From Candidatus Omnitrophota bacterium (GTDB lineage: Bacteria > Omnitrophota > Gorgyraeia > Zapsychrales > Aceulaceae), in contig JAKQPK010000013.1 in NCBI GenBank assembly GCA_029564765.1, positions 219,164-283,163 on the forward strand: 64,000 bases of DNA, read 5' to 3'. Positions 54,941 through 64,000 of the stretch are shown one piece after another (position 1 is the stretch's first letter; each line of letters starts with the position of its first letter). Under the pieces are notes generated by a model. That model was given only the letters and a program-made list of their open reading frames with translations. It was not told the DNA's origin and ran no database searches. The position numbers and the translations under genes are program-made.

Positions 54941-56886
54941 TCACCATTAACAATCTTGCTAAGAATTTTACAAATCGAACGCTTTTTGAAGGCGTCTCTT
55001 TGAGTATTTACCGCAATGAAAAGATCGGGCTTACAGGACCCAATGGTTCCGGCAAAACGACCCTCTTTTCGATCATCCGCGGAGAGATGCAGTCGACCGG
55101 CGGCGAGGTTCAGATCCAAAAAGGGATCAATATCGGCTATCTTCCGCAGGAGAGCGCGTTTCACTCCGATCGTACTGTCATTGATGAGCTGACATCTGGC
55201 GATGACCGCATTAAGGCGTTAAAAGACGAAAAGCATAAGCTTGAGGACGAGAACAAGGCGGATTCAGATCGCTATGGCGATGTCTTAGCAGAGCTTGAGC
55301 ATTTAGGGATCTACGAGCTGGAGCATCGGGCAGAAAAGATCCTTTCTGGCCTGGGGTTTCGCGAGAGGGATATTTATCGTCCTATTAACCACTTGAGCGG
55401 CGGCTGGCAGATGCGCACACTATTAGCCAAGCTGTTGACATATCAGTATGATCTTTTGCTGCTGGATGAGCCCACTAATTATCTTGACCTTAGCGCAACG
55501 CTATGGCTGAAGGATTTTCTCGCAAGCTACCCAGGGACGTTTATCATCATTTCTCATGACAAGGTTTTCCTGGATGCCGTAACGAACTATACGATCCTTT
55601 TGGAAAATTCTCGCATGGTCAAGGTCAAAGGAAATTACAGCGAATACGAGGAGCAGAAGGCTGTTGAGCAGGGTTCTCTGGAAAAACGACAGAAGATCAT
55701 TGAAAAGAAAAGAGAGCAGCTGGAACGTTTTTGCGAGAGGTTCCACGCACAGCCAAATCGCGCGGCAGCCGTACGTAACAAACGCAAGATGATCGAGCGC
55801 ATGGAAACGATCGAGCTTAAAGATTATCGGCGTAGTATTAAGGATTTTGAATTCGAGCAAACACAGCGTAGTGGTCATCATGTCTTGACCTTGGACAACA
55901 TGTTCAAGTCCTACGGCGAGTTGGAAGTCTATCGTAATATCAACTTTGAGATCACGCGCGGTCAGCGCGTGTGTTTGGTCGGAGAGAACGGCGCAGGCAA
56001 GTCAACGTTGTTAAAGATCCTGGCAGGTGTCATTGATATGAGCTCAGGAGCGCGGCGATTGGGACACAATGTGGAATTAGGATATTTTTCCCAGACACGA
56101 TTGGATGTTCTTCATCCGGAAAAAACAGCCTTGGAAGAAGTGTGCTCATCGAAGGCGGGCGTGCGCGCTCAGGAAGCGCGCAGCCTGCTAGGCCTTTTTA
56201 ATTTCCGGGATGATGATGTTTTCAAGAAGGTTTCTGTTCTGTCTGGAGGAGAGAAGAGCCGCGTGATCTTGGCCAAGCTTCTTATTAATCCGCCAAATTT
56301 TATTTTATTGGATGAGCCGACGACCCATTTGGACATTGACGGAGTGGAGGCGCTTACTAACGCGTTTAAAAAATATGAAGGCACGTTATGTTTTATCAGC
56401 CACGACCTGTTCTTTGTTCGGGAGATCGCGAATCATATTGTTGAAGTGGACAGCGGACATCTCACGCATTTTTATGGGGACCTTAATTATTATCTTGAGA
56501 AGCGTCGAGAAAAAGATCAAGAAAAGAGCCAGCAGGAACGTCTTGAAAAAGAAAAGGTAAAAAAAGAAAAAAAGGCTGAGCAGACAAGTGAGCCTTTAAG
56601 CCCTGGCATCCAGAAGCTTCATGATCAACACAAAGAAGCTTTGGAGAAAGTGGCCGCCAACAAATCCGCGATCACGAAGTTAGATAAGGAAAAAAAAGAA
56701 CTTGAAACAGAAAGTTATATCAAGGCCCGCGTGCTTTCTTCCGGGACAGCCGCACGTGATCCTGGCACCCTTAAAGAGTATGGCCAGCGGTTAAAATTTA
56801 TTCAGCACCGTATTCGTCAAATAGAGACGGATATCGACCGTCTCAGGGAAGAAAATAGAGAGATCAAAGGTAGTGGGCAATCTTAA
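54937..56886 (+). CDS. ABC-F family ATPase (two tandem ABC domains, no TM; Uup/EttA-like) with a C-terminal coiled coil
   Basis: Two Walker A motifs (GPNGSGKTT, GENGAGKST), two LSGG signatures, and a linker with the ABC-F arm. Confidence 0.9.
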   Translation: MITINNLAKNFTNRTLFEGVSLSIYRNEKIGLTGPNGSGKTTLFSIIRGEMQSTGGEVQIQKGINIGYLPQESAFHSDRTVIDELTSGDDRIKALKDEKHKLEDENKADSDRYGDVLAELEHLGIYELEHRAEKILSGLGFRERDIYRPINHLSGGWQMRTLLAKLLTYQYDLLLLDEPTNYLDLSATLWLKDFLASYPGTFIIISHDKVFLDAVTNYTILLENSRMVKVKGNYSEYEEQKAVEQGSLEKRQKIIEKKREQLERFCERFHAQPNRAAAVRNKRKMIERMETIELKDYRRSIKDFEFEQTQRSGHHVLTLDNMFKSYGELEVYRNINFEITRGQRVCLVGENGAGKSTLLKILAGVIDMSSGARRLGHNVELGYFSQTRLDVLHPEKTALEEVCSSKAGVRAQEARSLLGLFNFRDDDVFKKVSVLSGGEKSRVILAKLLINPPNFILLDEPTTHLDIDGVEALTNAFKKYEGTLCFISHDLFFVREIANHIVEVDSGHLTHFYGDLNYYLEKRREKDQEKSQQERLEKEKVKKEKKAEQTSEPLSPGIQKLHDQHKEALEKVAANKSAITKLDKEKKELETESYIKARVLSSGTAARDPGTLKEYGQRLKFIQHRIRQIETDIDRLREENREIKGSGQS

Positions 56887-57127
56887 GCTTGACCTTCATG
56901 ATATTTTTAGCAATGATCGCGCGATCGAACAGGCTCTGACCTCTGTGATGCAAGAAGCTGTTGAGAAAAAAGCACGCTGTGTTGAGATCATCCCTGGTAA
57001 AGGCTCAGGACAGCTTAAAAAACATGTTTTAAGGTTTTTAGAAAAAAGGTACAAAGGCATTTATCATAGGATCGAGAAAGACGATAAGAACTTCGGGCGA
57101 GTATTTGTCCATTTTCGCTGGCTCTAA
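56873..57127 (+). CDS. Smr-domain protein
   Basis: LDLHD ... IIPGKGSG ... pattern of the small MutS-related domain. Confidence 0.7.
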   Translation: MGNLKLDLHDIFSNDRAIEQALTSVMQEAVEKKARCVEIIPGKGSGQLKKHVLRFLEKRYKGIYHRIEKDDKNFGRVFVHFRWL

Positions 57128-57133
57128 AGTATT

Positions 57134-57547
57134 ATGAAAGAAGATATGCGATATATTGTTTCATTCTTTTTTACCGCTGTCCTTCTTGCAGGCTGTAATG
57201 CTAGGCATGTGACAGAGATCATACGCCTTCAAGACGCTGCCTCGAATAAAAAAGAGCAGGTTTGCAGCATTCGCTCTATTAACAAAAGATTTGACGTGCT
57301 CTTGGCAGCCATGCGAGATCAGACCATTGATGCGTACAGGACCAAGGAAGACTTCTTGGAGCATTTCGGCGAGCCCATTTTTGTCAAACGTTATATTGAT
57401 CCTGATGAACATGCAGAACGCTGGCTTTATCGTTATGCCGAAGACTTTTGGAAGAGCGATAAAATTTATATCTATTTTGATGCGCAAGGAAAAGTCGTCC
57501 AATGGGAGTACCAACCGCCTTCGGCCCCAGAGCCCAAAAAGCCCTAA
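57134..57547 (+). CDS. Lipoprotein, hypothetical
   Basis: Lipobox LLAGC. No known domain. Confidence 0.5.
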   Translation: MKEDMRYIVSFFFTAVLLAGCNARHVTEIIRLQDAASNKKEQVCSIRSINKRFDVLLAAMRDQTIDAYRTKEDFLEHFGEPIFVKRYIDPDEHAERWLYRYAEDFWKSDKIYIYFDAQGKVVQWEYQPPSAPEPKKP

Positions 57548-58188
57548 CGCGTCGTATCTACCACACGCTTTTTTCCATCTTTGGCCCTCAGCACTGGTGG
57601 CCCGCCCAAACACCTTTTGAGGTCATGGTCGGCGCCATTTTGGTGCAAAATACAAACTGGAAGAACGTTGAAAAGGCGATCGCTCGGCTTAAGGATAGAA
57701 AACTTTTGACGCCGCGGAAGCTGAACGCTATAAGTTTGCAAGAGCTCGCCAAGCACATTCGGCCTGCTGGATATTTTAATGTGAAGGCAAAACGTATAAA
57801 GAATTTTGTTGCATTTTTCATTGGGAGATATCAGGGAAGCTTGGCAAAGATGCGAGCACGGTCTGTGCGCGTCCTCAGAGAGCAATTATTATCCGTGAGC
57901 GGTGTCGGCGAGGAGACTGCGGATTCGATCCTTTTGTACGCCTTGAATAAACCGATCTTTGTCATTGATGCCTACACAAAGCGAGTTTTTAGCCGTCACA
58001 AGATATTTTCGTGCGATATTTCATATCGTGACGCGCAAGAAATTTTCCACAAGAACTTACCGCAAAGTGGTAAAATATACAATGAATATCACGCGTTGAT
58101 CGTTCAGCTTGCGAAGCAATATTGCCGAGTGAAGCCCTTATGCTTAAAATGTCCTTTAAGCAGAATTAATCAACATTCAAGGAGGTGA
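57502..58188 (+). CDS. Endonuclease III-like HhH-GPD family DNA glycosylase
   Basis: HhH motif LLSVSGVGEETADSILLYAL, the GPD-Asp region, a C-terminal Cys cluster, and the N-terminal conserved FGPQHWWPA..PFEVMVGAILVQNT. Start uncertain. Confidence 0.75.
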   Translation: MGVPTAFGPRAQKALTRRIYHTLFSIFGPQHWWPAQTPFEVMVGAILVQNTNWKNVEKAIARLKDRKLLTPRKLNAISLQELAKHIRPAGYFNVKAKRIKNFVAFFIGRYQGSLAKMRARSVRVLREQLLSVSGVGEETADSILLYALNKPIFVIDAYTKRVFSRHKIFSCDISYRDAQEIFHKNLPQSGKIYNEYHALIVQLAKQYCRVKPLCLKCPLSRINQHSRR

Positions 58189-58190
58189 GT

Positions 58191-58349
58191 ATGAAGTGTC
58201 CGATGATGGGAGCTTGCGGAGGAGGGGATTGGTTCGTAACAATGATGACGTTAAAGACCATCCTTGCAATATGGGTTTTAGTTGTTCCTTTTATGTTCTT
58301 AAAGCGTTTTGATAGACTCTTAAAGATCCTGGAAGATAAAAAGAAATAA
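58191..58349 (+). CDS. 52-aa small membrane protein with N-terminal CPMMGACGGG (not in the ORF track)
   Basis: Strong SD AAGGAGGTGAGT before ATG. One TM helix and a basic C-terminus. Confidence 0.35.
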   Translation: MKCPMMGACGGGDWFVTMMTLKTILAIWVLVVPFMFLKRFDRLLKILEDKKK

Positions 58350-58356
58350 TCGTTCT

Positions 58357-59517
58357 ATGGCTGACCGGGTTATCGCGCATGTCGATATGGACGCGTTCTT
58401 TGCCGCCATTGAGCAACGCGATAATCCGCAGCTTCGCGGCAAGCCAGTGGTGATCGGCGCTGATCCTAAAAGAGGAAAGGGCCGAGGTGTTGTTTCCACG
58501 TGCTCATACGAGGCGCGAAAATTCGGCATCCATTCCGCTATGCCGATCTCACAAGCTTACGCGCGTTGTCCCAGAGCTGTTTTCCTCCCCGTACGCATGC
58601 AGCGCTACAGCGACGTTTCTACTCAGATCTTTTCCATTCTTTATGAATTCACTCCTGATGTTGAACCGATCAGCATTGATGAAGCTTTTTTGGACCTAAG
58701 CGGGACCGAAGCCCTTCATGGCCCGTCCATAGAAGCTGCTCGAAAGATCAAGCGGCGTATTTACGACGAGCTTTGTCTGACAGCCTCTGTCGGGGTCGCG
58801 CCCGTAAAAATGGTCGCCAAGATCGCGTCGGATCATTGCAAACCAGATGGCCTTTTGGAGATCACAAAAGAAAAGCTTTTGGATTTTTTATGGCCTTTGG
58901 ATGTTGGAAAGCTTTGGGGAGTAGGGCCTAAGACCAGAGAAGTATTGACGCGAATGAATATTGTCAAGATAGGTGATATGGCGAAGCTGAGCGAGGACAG
59001 TCTTCGTCAGGCGTTTGGTGACAATGGCCCGCGTCTTTACGCGCTTGCGCATGGCATCGACCCACGAGGCGTGGAGCAATCTCAAGAAGTAAAATCCGTC
59101 AGTCATGAACATACGTTTGAAAAAGATTCTGATGACAAGAAAATGCTTTATCAGATTTTGTTGATCTTAAGCGAAAAAGTTTCGCGCCGCCTTCGGTTGG
59201 ACGGATTGCAAGGCCGTACGATCACGCTTAAGGTGCGGTTGAAAGGGTTTAAGACATATACTCGCTCTGTGACCTTGCCCCAGATGACAAATTTTGTTGA
59301 TGATATTTTTTCTCATGCGCGGACATTATTCGATAGGTTGTATGTGACAGGAACGCAAGTACGATTGCTGGGTGTGCGAGTGTCAGGATTTCAAAGCGCT
59401 TATGTCCAAGAGAGCCTTTTTGAGCGCGCGGACCAAGAGAAGAGAGAGCGCGTGCATAGGGCCGTGGACCTCATTAAGGATAAGTTCGGCGAAAGATCGA
59501 TCCATAGAGCTATATAA
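58357..59517 (+). CDS. dinB: DNA polymerase IV (Y-family)
   Basis: IAHVDMDAFFAAIE and SIDEAFLD catalytic motifs, plus a little-finger domain. Confidence 0.9.
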   Translation: MADRVIAHVDMDAFFAAIEQRDNPQLRGKPVVIGADPKRGKGRGVVSTCSYEARKFGIHSAMPISQAYARCPRAVFLPVRMQRYSDVSTQIFSILYEFTPDVEPISIDEAFLDLSGTEALHGPSIEAARKIKRRIYDELCLTASVGVAPVKMVAKIASDHCKPDGLLEITKEKLLDFLWPLDVGKLWGVGPKTREVLTRMNIVKIGDMAKLSEDSLRQAFGDNGPRLYALAHGIDPRGVEQSQEVKSVSHEHTFEKDSDDKKMLYQILLILSEKVSRRLRLDGLQGRTITLKVRLKGFKTYTRSVTLPQMTNFVDDIFSHARTLFDRLYVTGTQVRLLGVRVSGFQSAYVQESLFERADQEKRERVHRAVDLIKDKFGERSIHRAI

Positions 59518-59559
59518 AATTCTTTGCAAAACGATGCGTTAAACGGTAGTATATAAAAA

Positions 59560-59940
59560 ATGAAAAATATTATTATTCAAATGGGTGACCTGAAGATGCG
59601 GGCCAAGTTTAACGGCTCGCAAACGGCCGGAGAGATCTGGGACGCTCTTCCAATCAAATCTTTTGTAAGCCTGTGGGGAGAAGAGATCTATTTTCAGATC
59701 CCTGTCACGGAAAAGGTCGAGAAAGATTTCGCGACAGAAACAGCTGAGATCGGTGATCTGGGATATTGGCCGGAAGGCCAATGTTTTTGCATCTTTTTTG
59801 GTCCCACGCCTGTCAGCAAGCCCGGCGAGATACGTCCGGCGAGTGTGGTCAACATTGTTGGTAGGATCGAAGGAGATTGGAAGGTTTTAAAGACGGTTAA
59901 AGAAAATCAAGAAGTCACAATTAAAGAGGATGAAGGATAA
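59560..59940 (+). CDS. Cyclophilin-like-fold hypothetical protein (DUF3830-like)
   Basis: About 125 aa with a beta-rich pattern. The family call is tentative. Confidence 0.4.
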   Translation: MKNIIIQMGDLKMRAKFNGSQTAGEIWDALPIKSFVSLWGEEIYFQIPVTEKVEKDFATETAEIGDLGYWPEGQCFCIFFGPTPVSKPGEIRPASVVNIVGRIEGDWKVLKTVKENQEVTIKEDEG

Positions 59941-59943
59941 TCC

Positions 59944-61020
59944 ATGATCCCTGTGTGGTTTTTGATCGTTGCTGTTTTGGCAATGCTACTTTTTTTGGCG
60001 TTAGCGGTTTTTTCCCTGAAAGAAGCGGTACGGCGTGAAGTTCGTCGAGAATTTGACGTTTCACGTAGCGACCTGCAAGAAAAGACGGTTGGTGAATTCG
60101 AGCGCCAGCGCCAAGCAGTTGACCAGTCGGTGAAGACCTTAAAAGATGAGCTTGAGCGTTATTCTAAACTTGTGCATGAGCTTGAAAAAGACCGTGATAA
60201 AAAATATGGCAACTTAGAAAATGAACTCAAGAATGCGTCGCAGGCCACAAGCCGTTTGCAGGAAACGACCGCGCATTTGACCAATGTGCTTGGCAATGTG
60301 AAAAAACGCGGCGAATGGGGTGAGCGCATGGCCGAGGATATTGTCCAGCTTTGCGGGCTCAAGGAAGGGGTCAACTATGCCAAGCAAACACGTTTAGCGT
60401 CTGTCAGCACCCAGCCGGACTTCACTTTTTTCTTACCTGATAAGCACAAGATCCATATGGATGTCAAATTTCCGTTGGATAATTATTTGAACATGGTCAA
60501 CGCGGAAAATCCCTTGCAAAAAGAAAATTACAAGAAAGATTTTATCAACAACGTCAAAGCCCGCATCAAGGAAATTCAGGGACGGTCGTATATCGACCCG
60601 TCTCAAGGGACGCTTGATTTCGTCTTAGTTTTTATTCCTAACGAACAAGTGTATGGTTTTATTCAAGAAAATTTTCCAAGCCTAATGGATGAATCCCTGA
60701 AGCAAAAGGTTGTTCTCTGCTCGCCATTTACCTTATACGCGATGCTGCGCGTGATCCGCCAGGCATTTGAAAACTTTTATTATGAGAATTCGATCAAGAA
60801 GATCATTGAAACGATCAATGTCTTTGCCAAGGAGTACAACCAGTTTAAAGAACGTTTTCAGGGATTAGGCGATGTGATACGAAAGGCGGGGGCTACTTAC
60901 GAGGACCTTCATGATAAGAATTTTAAAAGACTTGATGCCCAGATCAAAAAGATCGAAGGCCACAAAGAAGGAAAACTTGTCGCTTTAGAAGAAGACAAAG
61001 TCATTGATATTCCCTCATAA
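59944..61020 (+). CDS. rmuC: DNA recombination protein RmuC
   Basis: N-terminal TM, long coiled coil, and the conserved RmuC C-terminal nuclease-like domain (FVLVFIPNEQVY). Confidence 0.8.
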   Translation: MIPVWFLIVAVLAMLLFLALAVFSLKEAVRREVRREFDVSRSDLQEKTVGEFERQRQAVDQSVKTLKDELERYSKLVHELEKDRDKKYGNLENELKNASQATSRLQETTAHLTNVLGNVKKRGEWGERMAEDIVQLCGLKEGVNYAKQTRLASVSTQPDFTFFLPDKHKIHMDVKFPLDNYLNMVNAENPLQKENYKKDFINNVKARIKEIQGRSYIDPSQGTLDFVLVFIPNEQVYGFIQENFPSLMDESLKQKVVLCSPFTLYAMLRVIRQAFENFYYENSIKKIIETINVFAKEYNQFKERFQGLGDVIRKAGATYEDLHDKNFKRLDAQIKKIEGHKEGKLVALEEDKVIDIPS

Positions 61021-61119
61021 AACTGAGCAAAAGAATTTATAAAAGTTTAAACTATCAAACATTTTATTCTCTTTAAGAAGGTTTTTTCATCCAACATTAT
61101 CGCTGCAACAACCGATGCG

Positions 61120-61773
61120 ATGATGGATTTTGCTTTGAGTAAAAGCGCACCGCAATTCTCGCCTCGTCAAAGGAAATACCTAGAACGCCACACGCAGTTA
61201 TCGCTGGAGAAGGTTTTTAATATCCAGCAAGTTCATGGACGGCGTGTTGTTCTGGCCACGCGAAGATCCTATCAGGCCCAAACAAAGATACCTCAGGCGG
61301 ATGCCGTTGTGACACAAGAGGTTGGTGTGCCTATCGCCGTCCGTACCGCAGACTGTTTGCCGATCTTTTTTTGCGACACGCGTCATCATGTGATCGCTGT
61401 TGTTCATGCTGGATGGCGCTCCACACGCAAAAGGATCGCGGAAGCTACGCTTCAACTGATGCGAGAAAAGTTCGGTACTCGCGCGAAAGATCTTAAAGTT
61501 GTTTTTGGCCCAGCCTTGAGGTCTTGCTGCTATGAAGTCGGCAAAGAATTCCTTCGTTATTTTCCGCAAGAGGTAAGCCACCGCAACGGTCGTTTGTTCT
61601 TTGACCTGGTGGCTGCTAATAAGCGTCAACTTATCGCGTTGGGTGTCAGGCCAAGCGGTATCGTTGATCGCCGGAAATGCACCTTTTGCCAGCCTGGGTA
61701 TGCGTCGTATCGAAGGGACGCAGAACAATCTACGCGCATGCTTTCCGTGATGATGCTAAAAGACGAAAAATAG
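61120..61773 (+). CDS. YfiH/PgeF-family (laccase-domain, purine nucleoside phosphorylase-like) protein
   Basis: DAVVTQEVGVPIAVRTADCLPIFF ... VHAGWRST ... CTFCQP motifs. The N-terminus may extend upstream with a non-ATG start. Confidence 0.75.
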   Translation: MMDFALSKSAPQFSPRQRKYLERHTQLSLEKVFNIQQVHGRRVVLATRRSYQAQTKIPQADAVVTQEVGVPIAVRTADCLPIFFCDTRHHVIAVVHAGWRSTRKRIAEATLQLMREKFGTRAKDLKVVFGPALRSCCYEVGKEFLRYFPQEVSHRNGRLFFDLVAANKRQLIALGVRPSGIVDRRKCTFCQPGYASYRRDAEQSTRMLSVMMLKDEK

Positions 61774-61823
61774 TTTGCCAGGGATGTTTTTTAAGATACA
61801 ATACGCCCAATGTGAGGTTATCA

Positions 61824-62147
61824 ATGGAAATTGTCGTTTTCGTGACAACTAAAAATACCGCCCAAGCAAAAAAGATCGCCCGAGGGCTTCTTACTAAAAA
61901 ACTTGCGGCATGTGTCAATATTTTACCAGGTGTTCAGTCGCTTTTTTGGTGGCAGGGTAAGATTGATTCAGCGCAGGAGAGCCTCTTGATCATTAAGAGC
62001 ACAAAGGCACGCTTTCAAAAGCTCGCGCAGTGCGTCAAGGCCTTGCATGGTTATCAAGTTCCTGAGATCATTGCTTTACCGATCGTAGCAGGAAATAAAG
62101 AATATTTGGCTTGGCTTCAAGATTCTTGCAGCCCAAAAGGAGAATAA
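61824..62147 (+). CDS. cutA: Divalent-cation tolerance protein CutA
   Basis: About 107 aa. MEIVVFVTTKNTAQAKKIARGLLTKKLAACVNILPGVQSLFWWQGKI is diagnostic. Confidence 0.8.
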   Translation: MEIVVFVTTKNTAQAKKIARGLLTKKLAACVNILPGVQSLFWWQGKIDSAQESLLIIKSTKARFQKLAQCVKALHGYQVPEIIALPIVAGNKEYLAWLQDSCSPKGE

Positions 62148-62151
62148 GGGA

Positions 62152-62655
62152 ATGAAGACATTAGGTCGTGTGGTTTTGATCGTTATTATTTTGTTGTTTG
62201 TTGCTGGACTTGCTAGAGGGCGGGCTCAGCTTTTTCTTTTTGGCAACCCTTTGGAAGGCCAGCAGGCTCCTGATTTTACCCTGCCGACACTGACACAAGC
62301 AGCTGTTTCCATGAGTTCTTTTCAAGGCGCTCAGCCGGCCATTATGTTTTTTTGGGCGACATGGTGCCCTCATTGTCGAACAGCTTTGCAGGATCTAAAC
62401 ATGCGCCAGCAGGAGATCCAGGGCCAGGGCGTTAAGATCATTTTAGTGAATACAGGAGAAGAAAAAGCAAAGGTCGCTAGCTATATGAAGCAACACGGCA
62501 TCGGCCTTGACGTGTTCCTTGATGAAGATTCTTCTGTCGCAGAACGGTATTCGATTGTTGGTGTTCCTACTTTTGTCCTCATCACCGGAAACGGCCTTAT
62601 CCATTCCATGAAGCATGTCTTGCCTCAGGATTACCGGACACTTCTCGCGCAATAA
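62152..62655 (+). CDS. TlpA/ResA-like periplasmic thiol:disulfide oxidoreductase (thioredoxin fold)
   Basis: N-terminal TM/signal, WATWCPHCR CxxC motif. SD AAGGAGAATAAGGGA. Confidence 0.8.
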   Translation: MKTLGRVVLIVIILLFVAGLARGRAQLFLFGNPLEGQQAPDFTLPTLTQAAVSMSSFQGAQPAIMFFWATWCPHCRTALQDLNMRQQEIQGQGVKIILVNTGEEKAKVASYMKQHGIGLDVFLDEDSSVAERYSIVGVPTFVLITGNGLIHSMKHVLPQDYRTLLAQ

Positions 62656-62661
62656 CTACTT

Positions 62662-64000
62662 TTATTGCGTTTGTTGGGCTTCCTGTAGTTTTTTGATGTT
62701 GTCTACCAGGTTCGCTTTTTGACGTAATTTTGCAAGGAACGCATTGAAGGCCTGGTCCTTGCGTTGCGCCAGAAGGCGTTCTTTCAGGAAATCCTTGTCT
62801 TTGGCGAATTTTTCTTGGTCCGCGGGGATAAAATTCTCGAGATAAATGATCGCAAAATCATTGCTCATTTCCACAACTTCGCTCAGTGGATTTTCCATTG
62901 TCAGGGTGAAGGCTGCTTGTTGGAAAGGCCCTGATGGTCCAACGCCTTGCAAATATTGAGAGCGGGTAAATTCGGATGTCTTTTCGGGCTTCAGATCGAG
63001 CTTTTTAGCAATAGTTTCAAATTTTTCCTTGGGCGTTGCTTGCAAAGCAGACTTGATCTTAGAAAGGGCTTCTTGGGATCTCTGCCGGGCGATCTTTTTA
63101 GCTTCTTGCAATGTGAGTAGTTCTTGTGCTTTATCTTTTGCTTCTTCAAGGCTGAGTAGGCGAGCGTCCCGCCTTTCTTTTAACTTTAAAAGATAAAATC
63201 CTTTCGTTGTGGCAATGGGGCCTGCTAATTCATCTTTTCTAAGCTCGAGGGCTTTTTGAAAGATCTCCAAAGGCCATCCTAGGTCAAACTTAGGCTCCTC
63301 AGCGCTGAAAAAACCACTTTCTTTAATAGTAAGATTATATTTTTGACCTATTTGTTTGAGATCGGGCTGACCTTTTGTAAAGTCTTGCGCGATCTGGCTC
63401 GCTGCCTGGTCGATCGCGTCTTTGGATTCTTCCGTTGGATCTTGAGGATACTCTAGCGCGATGAACTCAATGTTGATTCCCGGAGGAAGATAAAATAAGT
63501 TCTGATTGTTATGATAATAGGCGCTGACAGCTTCATCTGGAATAATCACCTCTTTGACGTATTGCATAACGGGAAAAAGAATATAGGCAGCTTGCGCTTT
63601 CGCGTTTTCTGCTTCGTATTCCTTGCGAACATCTTCATCGGTCACATCAATGCTCAAGGTTTCTTGTTTGTATATCTTCTCAAAGATCAAAGACTCGCGG
63701 ATGCCTTCCTCAAAATCGCTGGGGCTGCATTGAAAGGCGTATTGAACGACTTGCGCGTACAACTGCTTGTCAAACTTGCCGTTGCGCTGGAAAAAGGGAA
63801 ATCTTTTTACTGTTTTTATTACTTCGTCATTAGAAACCCTGATACGGCGCTTTTTTCCTTCGTGGGTGAGGATAAGGCGATCCCACGCCTCGGAATGGAG
63901 GTTAAGATAATTACGGATCTTTGCGAAGTTCTCGCCATAGCGTAAGATAGCTTGATTTTGGACGTGCTGAAGACTATTTTGGAATTCACGAAAAGAAACG
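62662..64000 (-). CDS. Periplasmic chaperone/peptidyl-prolyl isomerase, PpiD/SurA-like (5' end outside the window)
   Basis: The reading frame stays open to the window edge on the minus strand. The ORF-track start at 63762 is an internal TTG. The SurA_N-like region continues upstream. Confidence 0.65.
   Translation of the reverse strand, partial: VSFREFQNSLQHVQNQAILRYGENFAKIRNYLNLHSEAWDRLILTHEGKKRRIRVSNDEVIKTVKRFPFFQRNGKFDKQLYAQVVQYAFQCSPSDFEEGIRESLIFEKIYKQETLSIDVTDEDVRKEYEAENAKAQAAYILFPVMQYVKEVIIPDEAVSAYYHNNQNLFYLPPGINIEFIALEYPQDPTEESKDAIDQAASQIAQDFTKGQPDLKQIGQKYNLTIKESGFFSAEEPKFDLGWPLEIFQKALELRKDELAGPIATTKGFYLLKLKERRDARLLSLEEAKDKAQELLTLQEAKKIARQRSQEALSKIKSALQATPKEKFETIAKKLDLKPEKTSEFTRSQYLQGVGPSGPFQQAAFTLTMENPLSEVVEMSNDFAIIYLENFIPADQEKFAKDKDFLKERLLAQRKDQAFNAFLAKLRQKANLVDNIKKLQEAQQTQ

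Noticed and set aside
63511-63945. + strand 144-aa ORF
   Set aside because: It is antisense to the PpiD-like gene, whose frame is open to the window edge. It has no RBS and low-complexity translation.
1-64000. tRNA, rRNA, transposase, integrase or phage structural genes
   Set aside because: None recognised. Intergenic regions are short and contain no cloverleaf-compatible 70-90-nt segments that I could discern by eye. No IS-like terminal inverted repeats were seen.

Overview
Summary: this 64 kb window reads as a gene-dense chromosomal segment from a bacterium of moderate GC (roughly 45-50% by eye). Almost every gene is on the + strand, often with overlapping stop/start codons. I found no rRNA, tRNA, CRISPR array, transposase or integrase. 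Most of the window is housekeeping and envelope functions that I can recognise from protein motifs: carB, FeoAB, MsrAB, an Mla lipid-transport operon, NlpC/P60 + NagZ + cytosine deaminase, a class II photolyase with a ybgA-like partner, DinB, RmuC, an ABC-F ATPase, TrmH- and Rsu-family RNA enzymes, PanE, GPx, dodecin, CutA, TlpA, and a 5'-truncated PpiD at the window edge. The part that stands out is a visibly AT-richer islet at about 24.9-26.9 kb, between an AsnB-like gene and a SPOR-domain gene. It holds two adjacent arrays of 9-bp tandem repeats, a 22-bp perfect palindrome, and four or five tiny basic or membrane proteins. Three consecutive genes there, plus a weaker fourth site, are each preceded by the same ~42-bp element: an AGAA-N3-TTCT inverted repeat, then TAGATAAG, then a G-tract block with G-quadruplex potential. 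That looks like a small co-regulated, probably horizontally acquired module with an undescribed cis-element. Other points worth a second look are listed below. There is a four-gene cassette (unknown 550-aa protein, B12-binding radical SAM, polyprenol-phosphate GT2, AsnB-like amidotransferase) that looks like an uncharacterised glycan or lipid modification pathway. There is a 1150-aa secreted GH5 enzyme with tandem duplicated N-terminal domains and C-terminal TIG domains, plus a paralogous GH5 with no signal peptide. There is an 81-aa protein built from three C-x2-C-x10-C modules. There is an APH-like kinase translationally coupled to FeoB. There is a candidate ~120-nt sRNA, and several strong hairpins. 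All calls rest on reading the translated ORFs and the raw DNA; I ran no database searches.
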